A DNA stretch of 64,000 bases from Theionarchaea archaeon. GTDB taxonomy: Archaea; Methanobacteriota_B; Thermococci; Methanofastidiosales; SZ-28-30. Shown piece by piece: positions 48,761-58,494 of this stretch; the first letter of the stretch is position 1, and each line of letters opens with the position of its first letter. The stretch spans positions 13,050 to 77,049 of the forward strand of contig JACVGT010000003.1 of NCBI GenBank assembly GCA_018992685.1, given 5' to 3'. Below the pieces are notes generated by a model. It was not told where the DNA came from. It worked only from the letters and a program-made list of their open reading frames with translations, and did not search any database. The translations under genes were made by a program, and so were the position numbers.

Positions 48761-49129
48761 CCGGATTCCTCAGCCCTTCAGGCTCTCTGGTACTTTTAAA
48801 TCTTGCTGTGACGTAGAGATGTGTCCCATGAGCTCCTGGATAGAGAGATGGCCAGCCACAGAGTGCAAGAGCTCGTTGGAAGCGTGAAAAACTACCATAT
48901 AATCGAAAACGTCCAGAGGCTGTTTTGTCGTGTGCGCAATAACATCCTGCTACAAAGATGAGTAAACAACGTCTTTTCTGTTCAACCTTACAAATACTAT
49001 TCAAAGTGATGAAATGAGACGTACGACAATCAAGTGAACACCTTTTTCTTCCCAAATTTCTGCGTTCAGACACTACATTTGAGAAGCATCTGACTGTCAG
49101 ATCATCCCTACTCTTCAGAGGGGCTGTCA

Positions 49130-49939
49130 ATGGAAAAGAACTTAAGGAGGTCGAGGAGTAGGAGGATCATGGCACGTGCACGGACTGGTGATTCCATCGC
49201 TGCAATGCTCCTGATCATGGGCATTTTCTTCTTGGAAATGGACTATCTACTGGCAGGCATAGCATTGTTGGGGGCGGCAGGGTGTTGGATCTACAAAACC
49301 CAAAAAGTATGGCTGCTGGCAATCTATATTACCGTGGTTGGATTGTTTCTTTTCTTAATTCTGAGCGGGATTACTGCCATAGGTGTAGAGATCCTCATGA
49401 TTTTGGTTCCCATCATTTTCGCCTGGGATTCACTCTTGATCTACCGGACTGAAAGAAGGATGAAGAAAGTCATGAAAAACCTCAGGGCAAAAGACTTCGA
49501 GGTGGAGGTCATCCCCGGCACTGTACCTTCCTACTACCTGAAGGTGTACAGCTTGAAGTCCCCGTACTTGGTGAGGGTGATCTGTCGGGAGGACGTGGTG
49601 AAAGGCTTCTATGACACCAGAACAAACGTCTGGGTTGCCAGGGAATCTGAGTCCTTCCCGGTTTACACCTCTACGCCCGAGAAAATATGGAAAACAGTAG
49701 TGTCCACTCATCCCGACGGGACCATTCACAGAATAGAATGTAAAGATAGATTTGAATTCCTGGTGGGAGTTGAGGTCTACAACGAAGCGGGAACCAGGAC
49801 TGATTTGAGCTGGCGACTCCATAGAGATCTGTACGAAACCTGGGATACAGCCTCCCAAGAATGGAAGACACGTCGCCGTGGATGGCACCCTCCCGGGCTT
49901 TTCATGTACAAGGTCACAGCATTTCTGGGACTTTCATGA
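49130..49939 (+). CDS. hypothetical membrane-anchored protein
   Basis: Three N-terminal TM segments plus a soluble domain. No family recognised. Confidence 0.3.
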   Translation: MEKNLRRSRSRRIMARARTGDSIAAMLLIMGIFFLEMDYLLAGIALLGAAGCWIYKTQKVWLLAIYITVVGLFLFLILSGITAIGVEILMILVPIIFAWDSLLIYRTERRMKKVMKNLRAKDFEVEVIPGTVPSYYLKVYSLKSPYLVRVICREDVVKGFYDTRTNVWVARESESFPVYTSTPEKIWKTVVSTHPDGTIHRIECKDRFEFLVGVEVYNEAGTRTDLSWRLHRDLYETWDTASQEWKTRRRGWHPPGLFMYKVTAFLGLS

Positions 49940-49940
49940 T

Positions 49941-51104
49941 CTACTGCAGGTACCTGAGATTTGAGGGGCACACCTGGCTTTCATATATTGTTCTGGGATT
50001 GATACTCTTGTACGCCTCCTGTACTATGTCTTCGCCAACAGTGTAATTGAATATGTAAGGGCTGAACAGCGGATTGGTGATGAATTCCATCTGCTTTTCT
50101 GCACGTTTCTGCGTGGTCAGTCCCATTTGCACCAAGTATTCCACAGCTTCTTCAGGGGGGCAATCCTCCTGGTGAACCATGAGGGCTGCATTCCCACTGG
50201 ACCGTGACAGTGTCTTGAAAGCTTCTGCAATTGCTGCTTCAGTCTCTACATCGAGGTTAGCCTGAAATTTCGCGTTTAAGTACTCATAGACTTTCTTTCT
50301 GTCCTCGAAGATCAGGTTCAATCCTGCATTACCTACTCCTTCACTGATCAAGCATTCTGGGGTATTATACACAAAGATGGAAGCTTCCAGGAATCCCTTT
50401 TCATTGTAGAGGATTTTCTCTTTGATCACGTGATCCGTGTGATGGCCAGGATACCCCTCGTGGAATATAAGAGAGGGAAGCCCTGCTATCTGTACGGGAA
50501 TGTCTGTGTTGATTTCCACTCTGGACAGATAGGCTCCCAGATACCAGTTATAGCCACTCCAGGGTTTGTCATGTACGAGGACAAAGTCAATGTGTTCGTT
50601 CTCAGGCAGCGGGTAGAGATCATAGGTTCTTTTTCTCCCCTCGGCACACAATTCCTGGATCATGCTCTCCAGTCGTGATTCGGAGACCTCTCGGGAGGTC
50701 CGCCATTCATCAACAGCTTCATGGATTCTATCTGTCTTGAATATGTCTTTGAGTATCTGTATTTGTCTATCAAGGTGTGAATCGGGTGTCTTCTCAGGAG
50801 TGATGTCAAAGAACAGCTCAACTTTCCGGGTGTAGTCCATCTCTTCTCCCCGCAGCACGCTAATGGTGGTCTTGATACCAGTAATCTGCTTTTCTAGGTA
50901 TATTCTGCGGGCTTTGTCTTCTGCAGGTACAGTGGCTTCCAGGTGCTCGGCCTGGGCCAAGAGTTGGTCCAAGGACTGCTTCTCTTCCTTCTCAGTCCTG
51001 GTTTTCAGCTCGGGGGGCCCGCAGTATGCATCAACAAATCCTTCAAAATGCTTTTCAACTCTCAGAGCCAGAGTGACGTAGTCTTCTCCCCACGTGGTGG
51101 TCAT
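49941..51104 (-). CDS. DUF885-like putative metallopeptidase
   Basis: HEGYPGHH motif, which is characteristic of DUF885. Family assigned from memory. Confidence 0.4.
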   Translation of the reverse strand: MTTTWGEDYVTLALRVEKHFEGFVDAYCGPPELKTRTEKEEKQSLDQLLAQAEHLEATVPAEDKARRIYLEKQITGIKTTISVLRGEEMDYTRKVELFFDITPEKTPDSHLDRQIQILKDIFKTDRIHEAVDEWRTSREVSESRLESMIQELCAEGRKRTYDLYPLPENEHIDFVLVHDKPWSGYNWYLGAYLSRVEINTDIPVQIAGLPSLIFHEGYPGHHTDHVIKEKILYNEKGFLEASIFVYNTPECLISEGVGNAGLNLIFEDRKKVYEYLNAKFQANLDVETEAAIAEAFKTLSRSSGNAALMVHQEDCPPEEAVEYLVQMGLTTQKRAEKQMEFITNPLFSPYIFNYTVGEDIVQEAYKSINPRTIYESQVCPSNLRYLQ

Positions 51105-51207
51105 GGTACGACTTCCGGCACGTCCTTAAAAAGGTTGTACTTTGACCTCTCGAGAGAAAGCCCCACAAAAACCAAAACTCTTATAAGTCTGATGGAGAAT
51201 AACCATC

Positions 51208-52521
51208 ATGAACAAGGTATGTGCTCTCATCCTGTTTCTGCTCATTCCTTACCTGGCTGCATCTCAATTAGAGGTCACTTCCTTCACGTTCTCCCCACAG
51301 GAGCCTCAGCCGGGAGAACAGGTAATCCTTACAGTCCGATTGGCCAATAAGAGTTATGATCAGGATATTGAGGCAACCTGCAGACTGTTTGTCAATGATG
51401 AGTTATATGATGTGAAAGTGGTTCCGGTTGGTCACCGTTCTTCCTCAGGAGTTACTTTTGAGTGGATAGCTCACCCAGGAGAGCATCACTTTGCGCTTCA
51501 TACATCCTACTACCAGGAACAGATAGAGTATTCTGATACCTTTCACCAGAACCTCACCGTCCCGGGATCACAGGAAGAGTATGACTACTTTTCAGAAGCA
51601 GTTTCCCTGTATAACAGTGAGAAATACCTGCAGGCAAAGGTGGTCTTCGACCAGGCACGGAAAGCATTTGAAGATAAGAATGATACAGATAATGCTGTGT
51701 TGTGCGAGGAGTACATTCTGAAATGTGAGCAGTATATTGAAGCGAATCAGTGGTACACTCAGGCAGAGGAAGCATACTACCAAGAAGATTATGTCAATGC
51801 GCCAGTATACTACCAGCGGGCAATGTCATTTTATGCTCTGCTGGGCGACGGAAGGGCTGCTGAATGCCAGGCACGCCTTGATGAAATAGAGGAAATTCAG
51901 AAAAAGGCCAAGGGAGAGGGATATCTCTCATATGCATTTCTGCTGTTGCCTGCAGGTGCTCTGGTGGTGGCAGTGTGGTGGCTGAGGAAAAAGAAGGGGA
52001 GTCCTGAATTGCCTGATTATGTGCCGGAAAAGAAGCTGGAAAAACGCCAGCAGAGAAGGCAGGAGAAGCCCTTGTTCAAAGATGCAGTCGAGCCCGGCAT
52101 TGTCAGGACCCTTGATGCCATTGAATCACAACTGGATACGCAGAGCCCTGATACCTTCAAGTCTTTGGTGCGAGAATTCAAAAAACAGGAACAGAAGTTC
52201 GTTCAAGAAGAGCATGGGCCGGAAGAGGCCCAGCAGATTGAGCAGAATATGGAAACCCTCAAAGACAAGATCAAGGAAAGAGGGAAGAGGCTCCAGGACA
52301 TTCAAAGATTGAAGGACCTCTCCAGTTCGTGTGATGCGCTCCTCAGTGGACCAGTAGGCAATCTTGTGGACGCATACAACCAGTACGCACGGCTGCAGAA
52401 TGAACTGGACAAGATTTCCGGTACAGAGTCCCCAGAAGAGGAAGAAGTAAAAGAAAAACTGAAAGAATACTACAACTTCATTCAGGAGAAAGCAAAGTCT
52501 GAGCAATCTGAGTCGCTGTAG
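51208..52521 (+). CDS. Surface protein with signal peptide, Ig-like ectodomain, single TM and charged coiled-coil cytoplasmic tail (hypothetical)
   Basis: Signal peptide MNKVCALILFLLIPYLAASQ, a mid-protein TM (LLLPAGALVVAVWWL) and an E/K/Q-rich C-terminus. Confidence 0.35.
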   Translation: MNKVCALILFLLIPYLAASQLEVTSFTFSPQEPQPGEQVILTVRLANKSYDQDIEATCRLFVNDELYDVKVVPVGHRSSSGVTFEWIAHPGEHHFALHTSYYQEQIEYSDTFHQNLTVPGSQEEYDYFSEAVSLYNSEKYLQAKVVFDQARKAFEDKNDTDNAVLCEEYILKCEQYIEANQWYTQAEEAYYQEDYVNAPVYYQRAMSFYALLGDGRAAECQARLDEIEEIQKKAKGEGYLSYAFLLLPAGALVVAVWWLRKKKGSPELPDYVPEKKLEKRQQRRQEKPLFKDAVEPGIVRTLDAIESQLDTQSPDTFKSLVREFKKQEQKFVQEEHGPEEAQQIEQNMETLKDKIKERGKRLQDIQRLKDLSSSCDALLSGPVGNLVDAYNQYARLQNELDKISGTESPEEEEVKEKLKEYYNFIQEKAKSEQSESL

Positions 52522-52903
52522 CTATGAAGGACTTGCACGTTTCGTGCATGGTTTTCTCTCGGTAGTGCTGTTTTCCCTGTTCTGTGGTGACGTCTTCACC
52601 TAAGAGCTCGCAGCACACGATGGTTCCATGCACTTTTGTGAATTCGTTCAAGAATTCTTTGACCAGGGTTTCTACATGGGTTTTGGATGGGATATCCTCT
52701 GGAGTTTTCCGGCCATATACCACTCCAATGCCCATGAGAGCACCGGTCACTGCTCCACATACACTACCCATCTTCATTCCAGACCCAAATCCCTCACCAA
52801 TGGCAGGGATACAGGAGCACGTCTTTCCTGCGCTCTCAGATAGGACCAGGAGCACGGATTGAGTGCAGTTAAATCCTGAATCGAAATACTCTGTCGCTTT
52901 CAT
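52478..52903 (-). CDS. C_GCAxxG_C_C family redox protein
   Basis: Motifs SGFNCTQSVL and CGAVTGA, then VCCELL, match the C_GCAxxG_C_C signature. Confidence 0.7.
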   Translation of the reverse strand: MKATEYFDSGFNCTQSVLLVLSESAGKTCSCIPAIGEGFGSGMKMGSVCGAVTGALMGIGVVYGRKTPEDIPSKTHVETLVKEFLNEFTKVHGTIVCCELLGEDVTTEQGKQHYREKTMHETCKSFIATATQIAQTLLSPE

Positions 52904-53673
52904 GGGTACACCTTCAGATCTTCAATGGAGACCACAATGGAGGACCCTGTCACAGTGTGATGAACCGAGACAAGCCCACCACAGGTTCCTCCGTGCGGGA
53001 GAAGAGTGTCTCGCTGCCACCTGCCTGCATTCTCGCCATCATACAGCAGATCATCCTTGAGGTACAGCCAGTTTGTCTCACAGTTCTGAGACCCGGAAAA
53101 GACGAATAGGGTGGCTGTCTTTGAAATGAAAATGAACAGACGGCGGTTTTCATAATCCAGATAGTACAACGTTTCGGGGAGGAAAGCACTGGTGGGGATG
53201 AGTATGTCTGTGTCCTGTATCAGGTATTCGACTTTATGCATACCCACAATAGTCTCATCTGTGATCTGCTGGTAGATGCGGGTCAGAGAATCGGATTCTT
53301 GAAAGTGCACGTACACCTCAGAGCCCATGTGGACGTAAATGGCGGGATAGTAGGAGAAATGGAACGTGTCAAAGATTGCCAGGTTTTCTTGCCTGCTGAC
53401 CCAGATGATATCGAGATGGTATGTCTCATAGAGTTCTTCCACAAGGGGCTTTACCGTCTCGCAGGTTGAGCAGGTAGGACTGTACAAATACAGTACCACA
53501 GGAGAGAATTGATCCATCAATTCCAGGATCTGTGCATCAGTGAGGTCTTTGTACACGCGAGGCCCACTGGATGGTTGGGGTGTTGACGATGGCGTACTTG
53601 ATTCAGATGGCCCAGGAGTCTGTCCAATACAGCCTGCAGCCAGCAGCAGGAGAATGATCCATCCACGCTTCAT
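52900..53673 (-). CDS. Thioredoxin-fold lipoprotein
   Basis: Lipobox LAAGC, an S/T/P-rich linker, a CxxC motif (SPTCSTCE) and a second C-terminal CGG motif. Confidence 0.5.
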   Translation of the reverse strand: MKRGWIILLLLAAGCIGQTPGPSESSTPSSTPQPSSGPRVYKDLTDAQILELMDQFSPVVLYLYSPTCSTCETVKPLVEELYETYHLDIIWVSRQENLAIFDTFHFSYYPAIYVHMGSEVYVHFQESDSLTRIYQQITDETIVGMHKVEYLIQDTDILIPTSAFLPETLYYLDYENRRLFIFISKTATLFVFSGSQNCETNWLYLKDDLLYDGENAGRWQRDTLLPHGGTCGGLVSVHHTVTGSSIVVSIEDLKVYP

Positions 53674-53773
53674 ATGTAGAACCATCACCTCCACATTTAA
53701 AAAGGTGTGGATTTCCCGGTTCACGGAACTGCGCACCACAGGTCCTTACCTACCTGGCAGGCGCGGAGGAGAG

Positions 53774-54526
53774 TTACTCTCCATACCTCCTTCTTCTCTT
53801 CTGAAATTCCCGGATGATTCTGAGAAAGTCCACTTTTCTGAAGGCAGGGAAGTATATGTCACAGAAGAATAGTTCTGAGTATGCAGCCTGAAACAGGAGA
53901 AAATTGCTCAGCCTGACTTCTCCCCCTGTTCTGATAATCAGGTCAGGATCAGGTCCTGCTCTGTACAAGTGTTCCTTTATGACTTTTTCTGTAATATCGT
54001 TCACCCTGAATCCGCCCTCAGTTATCTTCTTCGCCACCTTCTTGAAAGCCTCAATAATTTCCAGCCGGCCCCCATAGGCGATGCACACGTTAAAGAACTG
54101 GTTATCATAGTTCTGGGTTGCTTCTTCTGCAGTTTGGATGGCTTTTCTGACTTTTTCAGGAAGAAGGCTCAGATTGCCCAGGGCCCGTATGCGGATTCTG
54201 TTCCGGTGTATCCTCTCATCCTCGGCAATTTCGTAAAATTTTTTTTCAAAAAGGTCCATCAAATGGTTAACTTCCTTCTTGGATCGGTTGAAGTTCTCTG
54301 TAGAAAAAGCATACACGGTGATTTCTTTGATCCGCAGCTCACTGCACCAATCCAGAATCTCTTCGATCTTATAGGCCCCTTGCTGATGTCCCTTCAGGGT
54401 CAATACTCCAATTTCCCTGGCGAACCGCCTGTTTCCATCCATAATGATGCCAATGTGTTTCGGGATGGTCCCCTTGTGAATTTCATCAATGAGATGCGCT
54501 TCATATATGTAATACACAGGGCGCAT
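53774..54526 (-). CDS. uppS: Undecaprenyl/ditrans,polycis-polyprenyl diphosphate synthase (cis-prenyltransferase, UppS)
   Basis: Motifs HIGIIMDGNRRFA, ITVYAFSTENFNRS and RTGGEVRLSNFLL. Confidence 0.85.
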   Translation of the reverse strand: MRPVYYIYEAHLIDEIHKGTIPKHIGIIMDGNRRFAREIGVLTLKGHQQGAYKIEEILDWCSELRIKEITVYAFSTENFNRSKKEVNHLMDLFEKKFYEIAEDERIHRNRIRIRALGNLSLLPEKVRKAIQTAEEATQNYDNQFFNVCIAYGGRLEIIEAFKKVAKKITEGGFRVNDITEKVIKEHLYRAGPDPDLIIRTGGEVRLSNFLLFQAAYSELFFCDIYFPAFRKVDFLRIIREFQKRRRRYGE

Positions 54527-54673
54527 AAGGAATGAAGGAATGTGTGAATAAAGGAAAGATTTCAAATGCATGCTGAAACGTTACCTATTCCTTTTTTATA
54601 TAGTTTATCATGGAACGCTGTATTTAGTGAAAGTTCACTACACATTTCTGTGTAATCAGACACCTGCAGGAAT

Positions 54674-55240
54674 TCATCTGTCCGCGACTCCGGAACCCCA
54701 GGGGGCATCACACGTATCTCTGAATGCAATATCAGAAACAGGTTTTCGGTCTTTTGGCTTGGGGTCTTCAGCCGGGTACCCTGCGGTCACCAGTGCTACA
54801 ACCACTGCTTTCTTGGGAAGGTTCAGTGTTTTCTTGACTCTCTCTTCTGAGAACCAGCCAATCCAGCATGTCCCAAGCCCTCGTGCATGTGCTGCAAGCA
54901 GCAGATATGTCACTGCATTGGACACATCGGAGACCTGCCACTTCTTCAGGACGATGGAGGGAGTATACCATGCAACAAAAACCACAGGAGCTTCTCCGAT
55001 TTGCTTGCTGAAAGGAATGATAGCATCGCGCAATCCGCCTCTCAGGCTCGCTTTCTTTTTCTGGTCTCTTACCACTACAAATCGCCAGGGTTGATTATTG
55101 CTGGAAGAAGGTGCCCATCTGACTGTTTCCAGGAGTTCTTCAATGAGCCTGTCTGGTACAGGCTTGTCCAGATACGACCGGATACTTCTCCTTGTCTTCA
55201 GTCCTTCAATGAGGGTTATGTCCTTCATTTGAATCACCAC
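54674..55240 (-). CDS. Nitroreductase family protein
   Basis: RRSIRSY...NNQPWRFVVV signature. Confidence 0.75.
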   Translation of the reverse strand: MVIQMKDITLIEGLKTRRSIRSYLDKPVPDRLIEELLETVRWAPSSSNNQPWRFVVVRDQKKKASLRGGLRDAIIPFSKQIGEAPVVFVAWYTPSIVLKKWQVSDVSNAVTYLLLAAHARGLGTCWIGWFSEERVKKTLNLPKKAVVVALVTAGYPAEDPKPKDRKPVSDIAFRDTCDAPWGSGVADR

Positions 55241-56034
55241 GTTCTATTTGAACGGTGGTAGTGAAATAGATAGTGGTTGGCATATCCTGCATAGGGGCCG
55301 AAGTACTGCCTGCCAAAGGTCCCTGCATCCACCGAAGGACTGTACAGCTGCGTGATGCATGCCTTGATATGAGTGTCACAGGGAAATGCTTCCAGATTGT
55401 CCAAGGAAAACAGGAGAACACAGTCTGCCACTTTCTGGCCCACGCCTGGAAGCTGAAGCAGCGCCTTCTTGGCCTCCTGGTACGGCATCGTTCTCAGATC
55501 ATGAAGGGCGAATCCATCAGCTACCGCCTGCGCTGTCTTCTGCACGTACACGTCTCTGTAGCCCAGCCCGCATGTCCGGAGTACATCAAGAGGTGCATCA
55601 GCCAGAGCCTCAGGTGATGGAAACTCATATCCTCTATGGGAGGGCAGAGGCCTGCCAAACGTCCTGCACAGTGTCTCAACAATCTGCCTGATACGGGGAA
55701 CGTTGTTAAAGGATGAGCAGATAAAGGAAATGAGACACTCCCACGGGTCCTGACGGATCAGACGGAGCCCATACAATGCGGTTATTGCCTTGTGCATGTG
55801 ACGATCTTTGTCAATAGCAGAAATGATGAGGTCCAGGTCATCATCCAGTCTGAAGTACCATGTCAGGAAATTTTCATCGCAGGTACAGTGGGTACCTTCA
55901 TTTTCAAAGAGGCGAATGAATTCTCCTCTGACAATCCCCTCCCAGGTTCCATTGAGGTTCTGCCACCTGAACACCTGCCCGGAATTCAGCGTGTGATGAA
56001 GGTTCAGTGGCTGGGAAAGATGGACAGTGTGCAT
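55234..56034 (-). CDS. ogg: 8-oxoguanine DNA glycosylase / N-glycosylase-DNA lyase (OGG, HhH-GPD)
   Basis: N-terminal TLNSGQVFRW (OGG hallmark) and the HhH-GPD element LLQLPGVGQKVADCVLLFSL...D. Confidence 0.7.
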   Translation of the reverse strand: MHTVHLSQPLNLHHTLNSGQVFRWQNLNGTWEGIVRGEFIRLFENEGTHCTCDENFLTWYFRLDDDLDLIISAIDKDRHMHKAITALYGLRLIRQDPWECLISFICSSFNNVPRIRQIVETLCRTFGRPLPSHRGYEFPSPEALADAPLDVLRTCGLGYRDVYVQKTAQAVADGFALHDLRTMPYQEAKKALLQLPGVGQKVADCVLLFSLDNLEAFPCDTHIKACITQLYSPSVDAGTFGRQYFGPYAGYANHYLFHYHRSNRTW

Positions 56035-56088
56035 TGCGCCTGGTAGTGACCTGAACTTTTAAGCATTTCACCCATCCTTCCGGCCGGT

Positions 56089-57657
56089 CTATCTGTTCCG
56101 GGGGTTCTTCCTCACGAGATCATAGACGATCACGGCACATGCAGCCAATAGAATTCCATACACCAGCTCAGTTCTGAGGACAGCACGGGGAATAACTCCT
56201 GTCTTTTTCGTCGGAGCCCTGTACAGTTCCCATTTTTCAGTCTCTCCGATCTTTATGAGCTGGGAAGGTGCCTGTCTGCCCCGTGGCAAGACAAAAACAG
56301 ACGCAGATTTTGGATCTGGCTCGTAATCAGATGAAACCTCCTGCCACATTCCCAGAGTCTGAGGTCTACCTGTGGCAGCAGTGACCAGGCATCCCATCAT
56401 TCCGCTGGGAATAAAGACAATCTCGTCTTCCCGAGAGTTCTTCTCGATAATCTGTACCATTGCCAGGTTTTCCGGATTCAGATAGGAATCTGAGGGCAAT
56501 TTAAGGAGTATGAGGAACAGTGACGGAATTCTGAGAGTGATACGTGATTGCGGTCTCTGATCTACTGGGGGCCGTCCTTCCTGGATTGAGAGGCGAGGTG
56601 CACTCTCCCCTCTCGGGATTCCGGAGTCGACAGTTCCTGCACCTCCTATCCCTCTATTCAGGTCTCTTCCTCCCATCATGCCTACAGTTGGTGCAACCAG
56701 AGTTAGCACCAGTAATGAAGCCACCACAAGGAAACTCCTCTTTCCCGGTGAAACCAACCCCTCAAGGTGGGACAGAAAAATCCCGGAAAGCATGGAAAGA
56801 GGAAGCAGTGCGTGGCCAGTGAATCGTCCCGCATACGACATGGCTATGGGTGCCATGCATACCAGAATACACACAGGAATCAGGAACTCACCTCTCTTCT
56901 TTATGCATATGACACTTCCCAGCACTCCCAACAACCAGGGAGCGACGAGTACCAGCACTCTGGAACTGGGAGAATTCGCAGATAGACTGCTCAGATTTGT
57001 CACAATGTGGAGGAGCCACGGTATATAGAGAATTAGAGAACCTCCTGCGACCTTGATACCAGCGAGAGCCTTCTTACTCACTACACTGTACAACAGGAGG
57101 GCACAGACCACAATGGGCGCCATGCTGATGTGCGTATACAGACAGCCAGCCAGGACCACCACTGCTGCAAGGTATTTCCCTCTGTCAAACCAGTAGAACA
57201 AGAGAGGCACAGCCACGAGAACCAGGCCAGCAGCCGATGTGACAGACTGCAGATTGAAATATTCATAACAGGACGACAAGACCAGCACAGAATAAAAAGC
57301 GGTTCGAGGGGAGTAGATTTCTCTGGAAAACCACCACAGCGTCCCCAGAGATGCAGGAAACATTATGAAACTGGTAATTCGAGAAACAGTTGCAATATTC
57401 GAAACTTCTGAGAAAAGCATCATGATGACATGGAGCAGCGGGGGGTATAGATGGGGCCTTCCCAGGGGGGCAAACTCCCAGAAATCCCACAGAACGATTC
57501 CCCCAGCTTTCTCGAAAGAGACTGCAACTGAGGCATGGTAGTAGATGTCAACAAAAACTGGATACAGATCCCATCGCGCAACAAGCAGCACACAGATGGC
57601 TCCTATTATACCTGCAGACAGCAGGTCATAGATGCGAGAGTCCTTGGCAGCTGTCAC
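56089..57657 (-). CDS. Polytopic membrane protein, GT-C-like glycosyltransferase candidate (paralogue of 13065-14540)
   Basis: N-terminal loop motif YYHASVAV...WDFWEFAPLGRPHLYPPLLH is shared with the 13065-14540 gene. More than 10 TM segments. Confidence 0.4.
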   Translation of the reverse strand: MTAAKDSRIYDLLSAGIIGAICVLLVARWDLYPVFVDIYYHASVAVSFEKAGGIVLWDFWEFAPLGRPHLYPPLLHVIMMLFSEVSNIATVSRITSFIMFPASLGTLWWFSREIYSPRTAFYSVLVLSSCYEYFNLQSVTSAAGLVLVAVPLLFYWFDRGKYLAAVVVLAGCLYTHISMAPIVVCALLLYSVVSKKALAGIKVAGGSLILYIPWLLHIVTNLSSLSANSPSSRVLVLVAPWLLGVLGSVICIKKRGEFLIPVCILVCMAPIAMSYAGRFTGHALLPLSMLSGIFLSHLEGLVSPGKRSFLVVASLLVLTLVAPTVGMMGGRDLNRGIGGAGTVDSGIPRGESAPRLSIQEGRPPVDQRPQSRITLRIPSLFLILLKLPSDSYLNPENLAMVQIIEKNSREDEIVFIPSGMMGCLVTAATGRPQTLGMWQEVSSDYEPDPKSASVFVLPRGRQAPSQLIKIGETEKWELYRAPTKKTGVIPRAVLRTELVYGILLAACAVIVYDLVRKNPRNR

Positions 57658-58080
57658 CTTCCCCTTCTGGACATCTCTATTAATAAATGTTCAGGTTGCT
57701 CTGGGCTCTCGCTATTCTTCACGACCTCAAATCGCGATTCAGTGGCAATCAATCCTGAAAGCTCCTCCATCTTTGTGAGCCGCCCATCTTCTCCCATTCT
57801 CACGCCACTGAGTCTGTTTCTCAGGGCAATCTCACAGTATGCCCACACCATCTTCCACGAACCCTCAAACATCCCTTCTTCTCCCTCTAACTAGCATAAA
57901 TAACCGAAAGCTTTATATAGTGTTGTTAATCAATATTACATAGCAATCTTCGGAGGTGTTACCAGGATTGCGACTCTGATTTCCAGGGGTTGGGGTTTCT
58001 CCTAACACGAGAAAAGGGTCCCAGGAAGCCCCAACCTTTTTTGAAAAAAGTATTTAAGTTATAAGAGAGGAGAGAAACAG

Positions 58081-58494
58081 ATGAAATATATCTGGTTGGT
58101 AGCAGTATTCATCGGGATTGCAGGTATTTTCCTGGGATTCCAGCGCTATCAAGTAGACCACACAGAAGCTTTTGGAATGTATCCGTGTTTTCTGTGTGCA
58201 GCAGTGGATCCCGAGATGGACGTGATGGTATTTTCTGCTGTAGAATGCCCATCATGCGATCTTGCAGTGGAACGGGTATTGCGGTTCTGCAGGCTGACGG
58301 GAATTCAGTACCGGGGTGCTTACTATGACGACTCACAGGAGACAGGTGCAGTCCTGCAGGAGCTGGGATTGGAGAAGAGAACAGATTTTCTGGTGGTAGT
58401 CTTTCACAGGGGAGTCATTATAGGAACCAGTACCAGTGCTGGTGCAGTAGAGGAGTACCTCTCTGACATAGCAAAGGAGGTGGCCCGGCTGTGA
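58081..58494 (+). CDS. Membrane-anchored glutaredoxin/NrdH-like thiol-disulfide protein
   Basis: N-terminal TM, then CFLC and CPSC motifs in a glutaredoxin-like fold. The stop overlaps the next gene's GTG start. Confidence 0.45.
   Translation: MKYIWLVAVFIGIAGIFLGFQRYQVDHTEAFGMYPCFLCAAVDPEMDVMVFSAVECPSCDLAVERVLRFCRLTGIQYRGAYYDDSQETGAVLQELGLEKRTDFLVVVFHRGVIIGTSTSAGAVEEYLSDIAKEVARL

Noticed and set aside
48687-49130. 147-aa minus-strand ORF overlapping the end of the Ntn-hydrolase gene
   Set aside because: It overlaps the hydrolase N-terminus in another frame, has an Arg/Cys-rich low-complexity composition and no motif.
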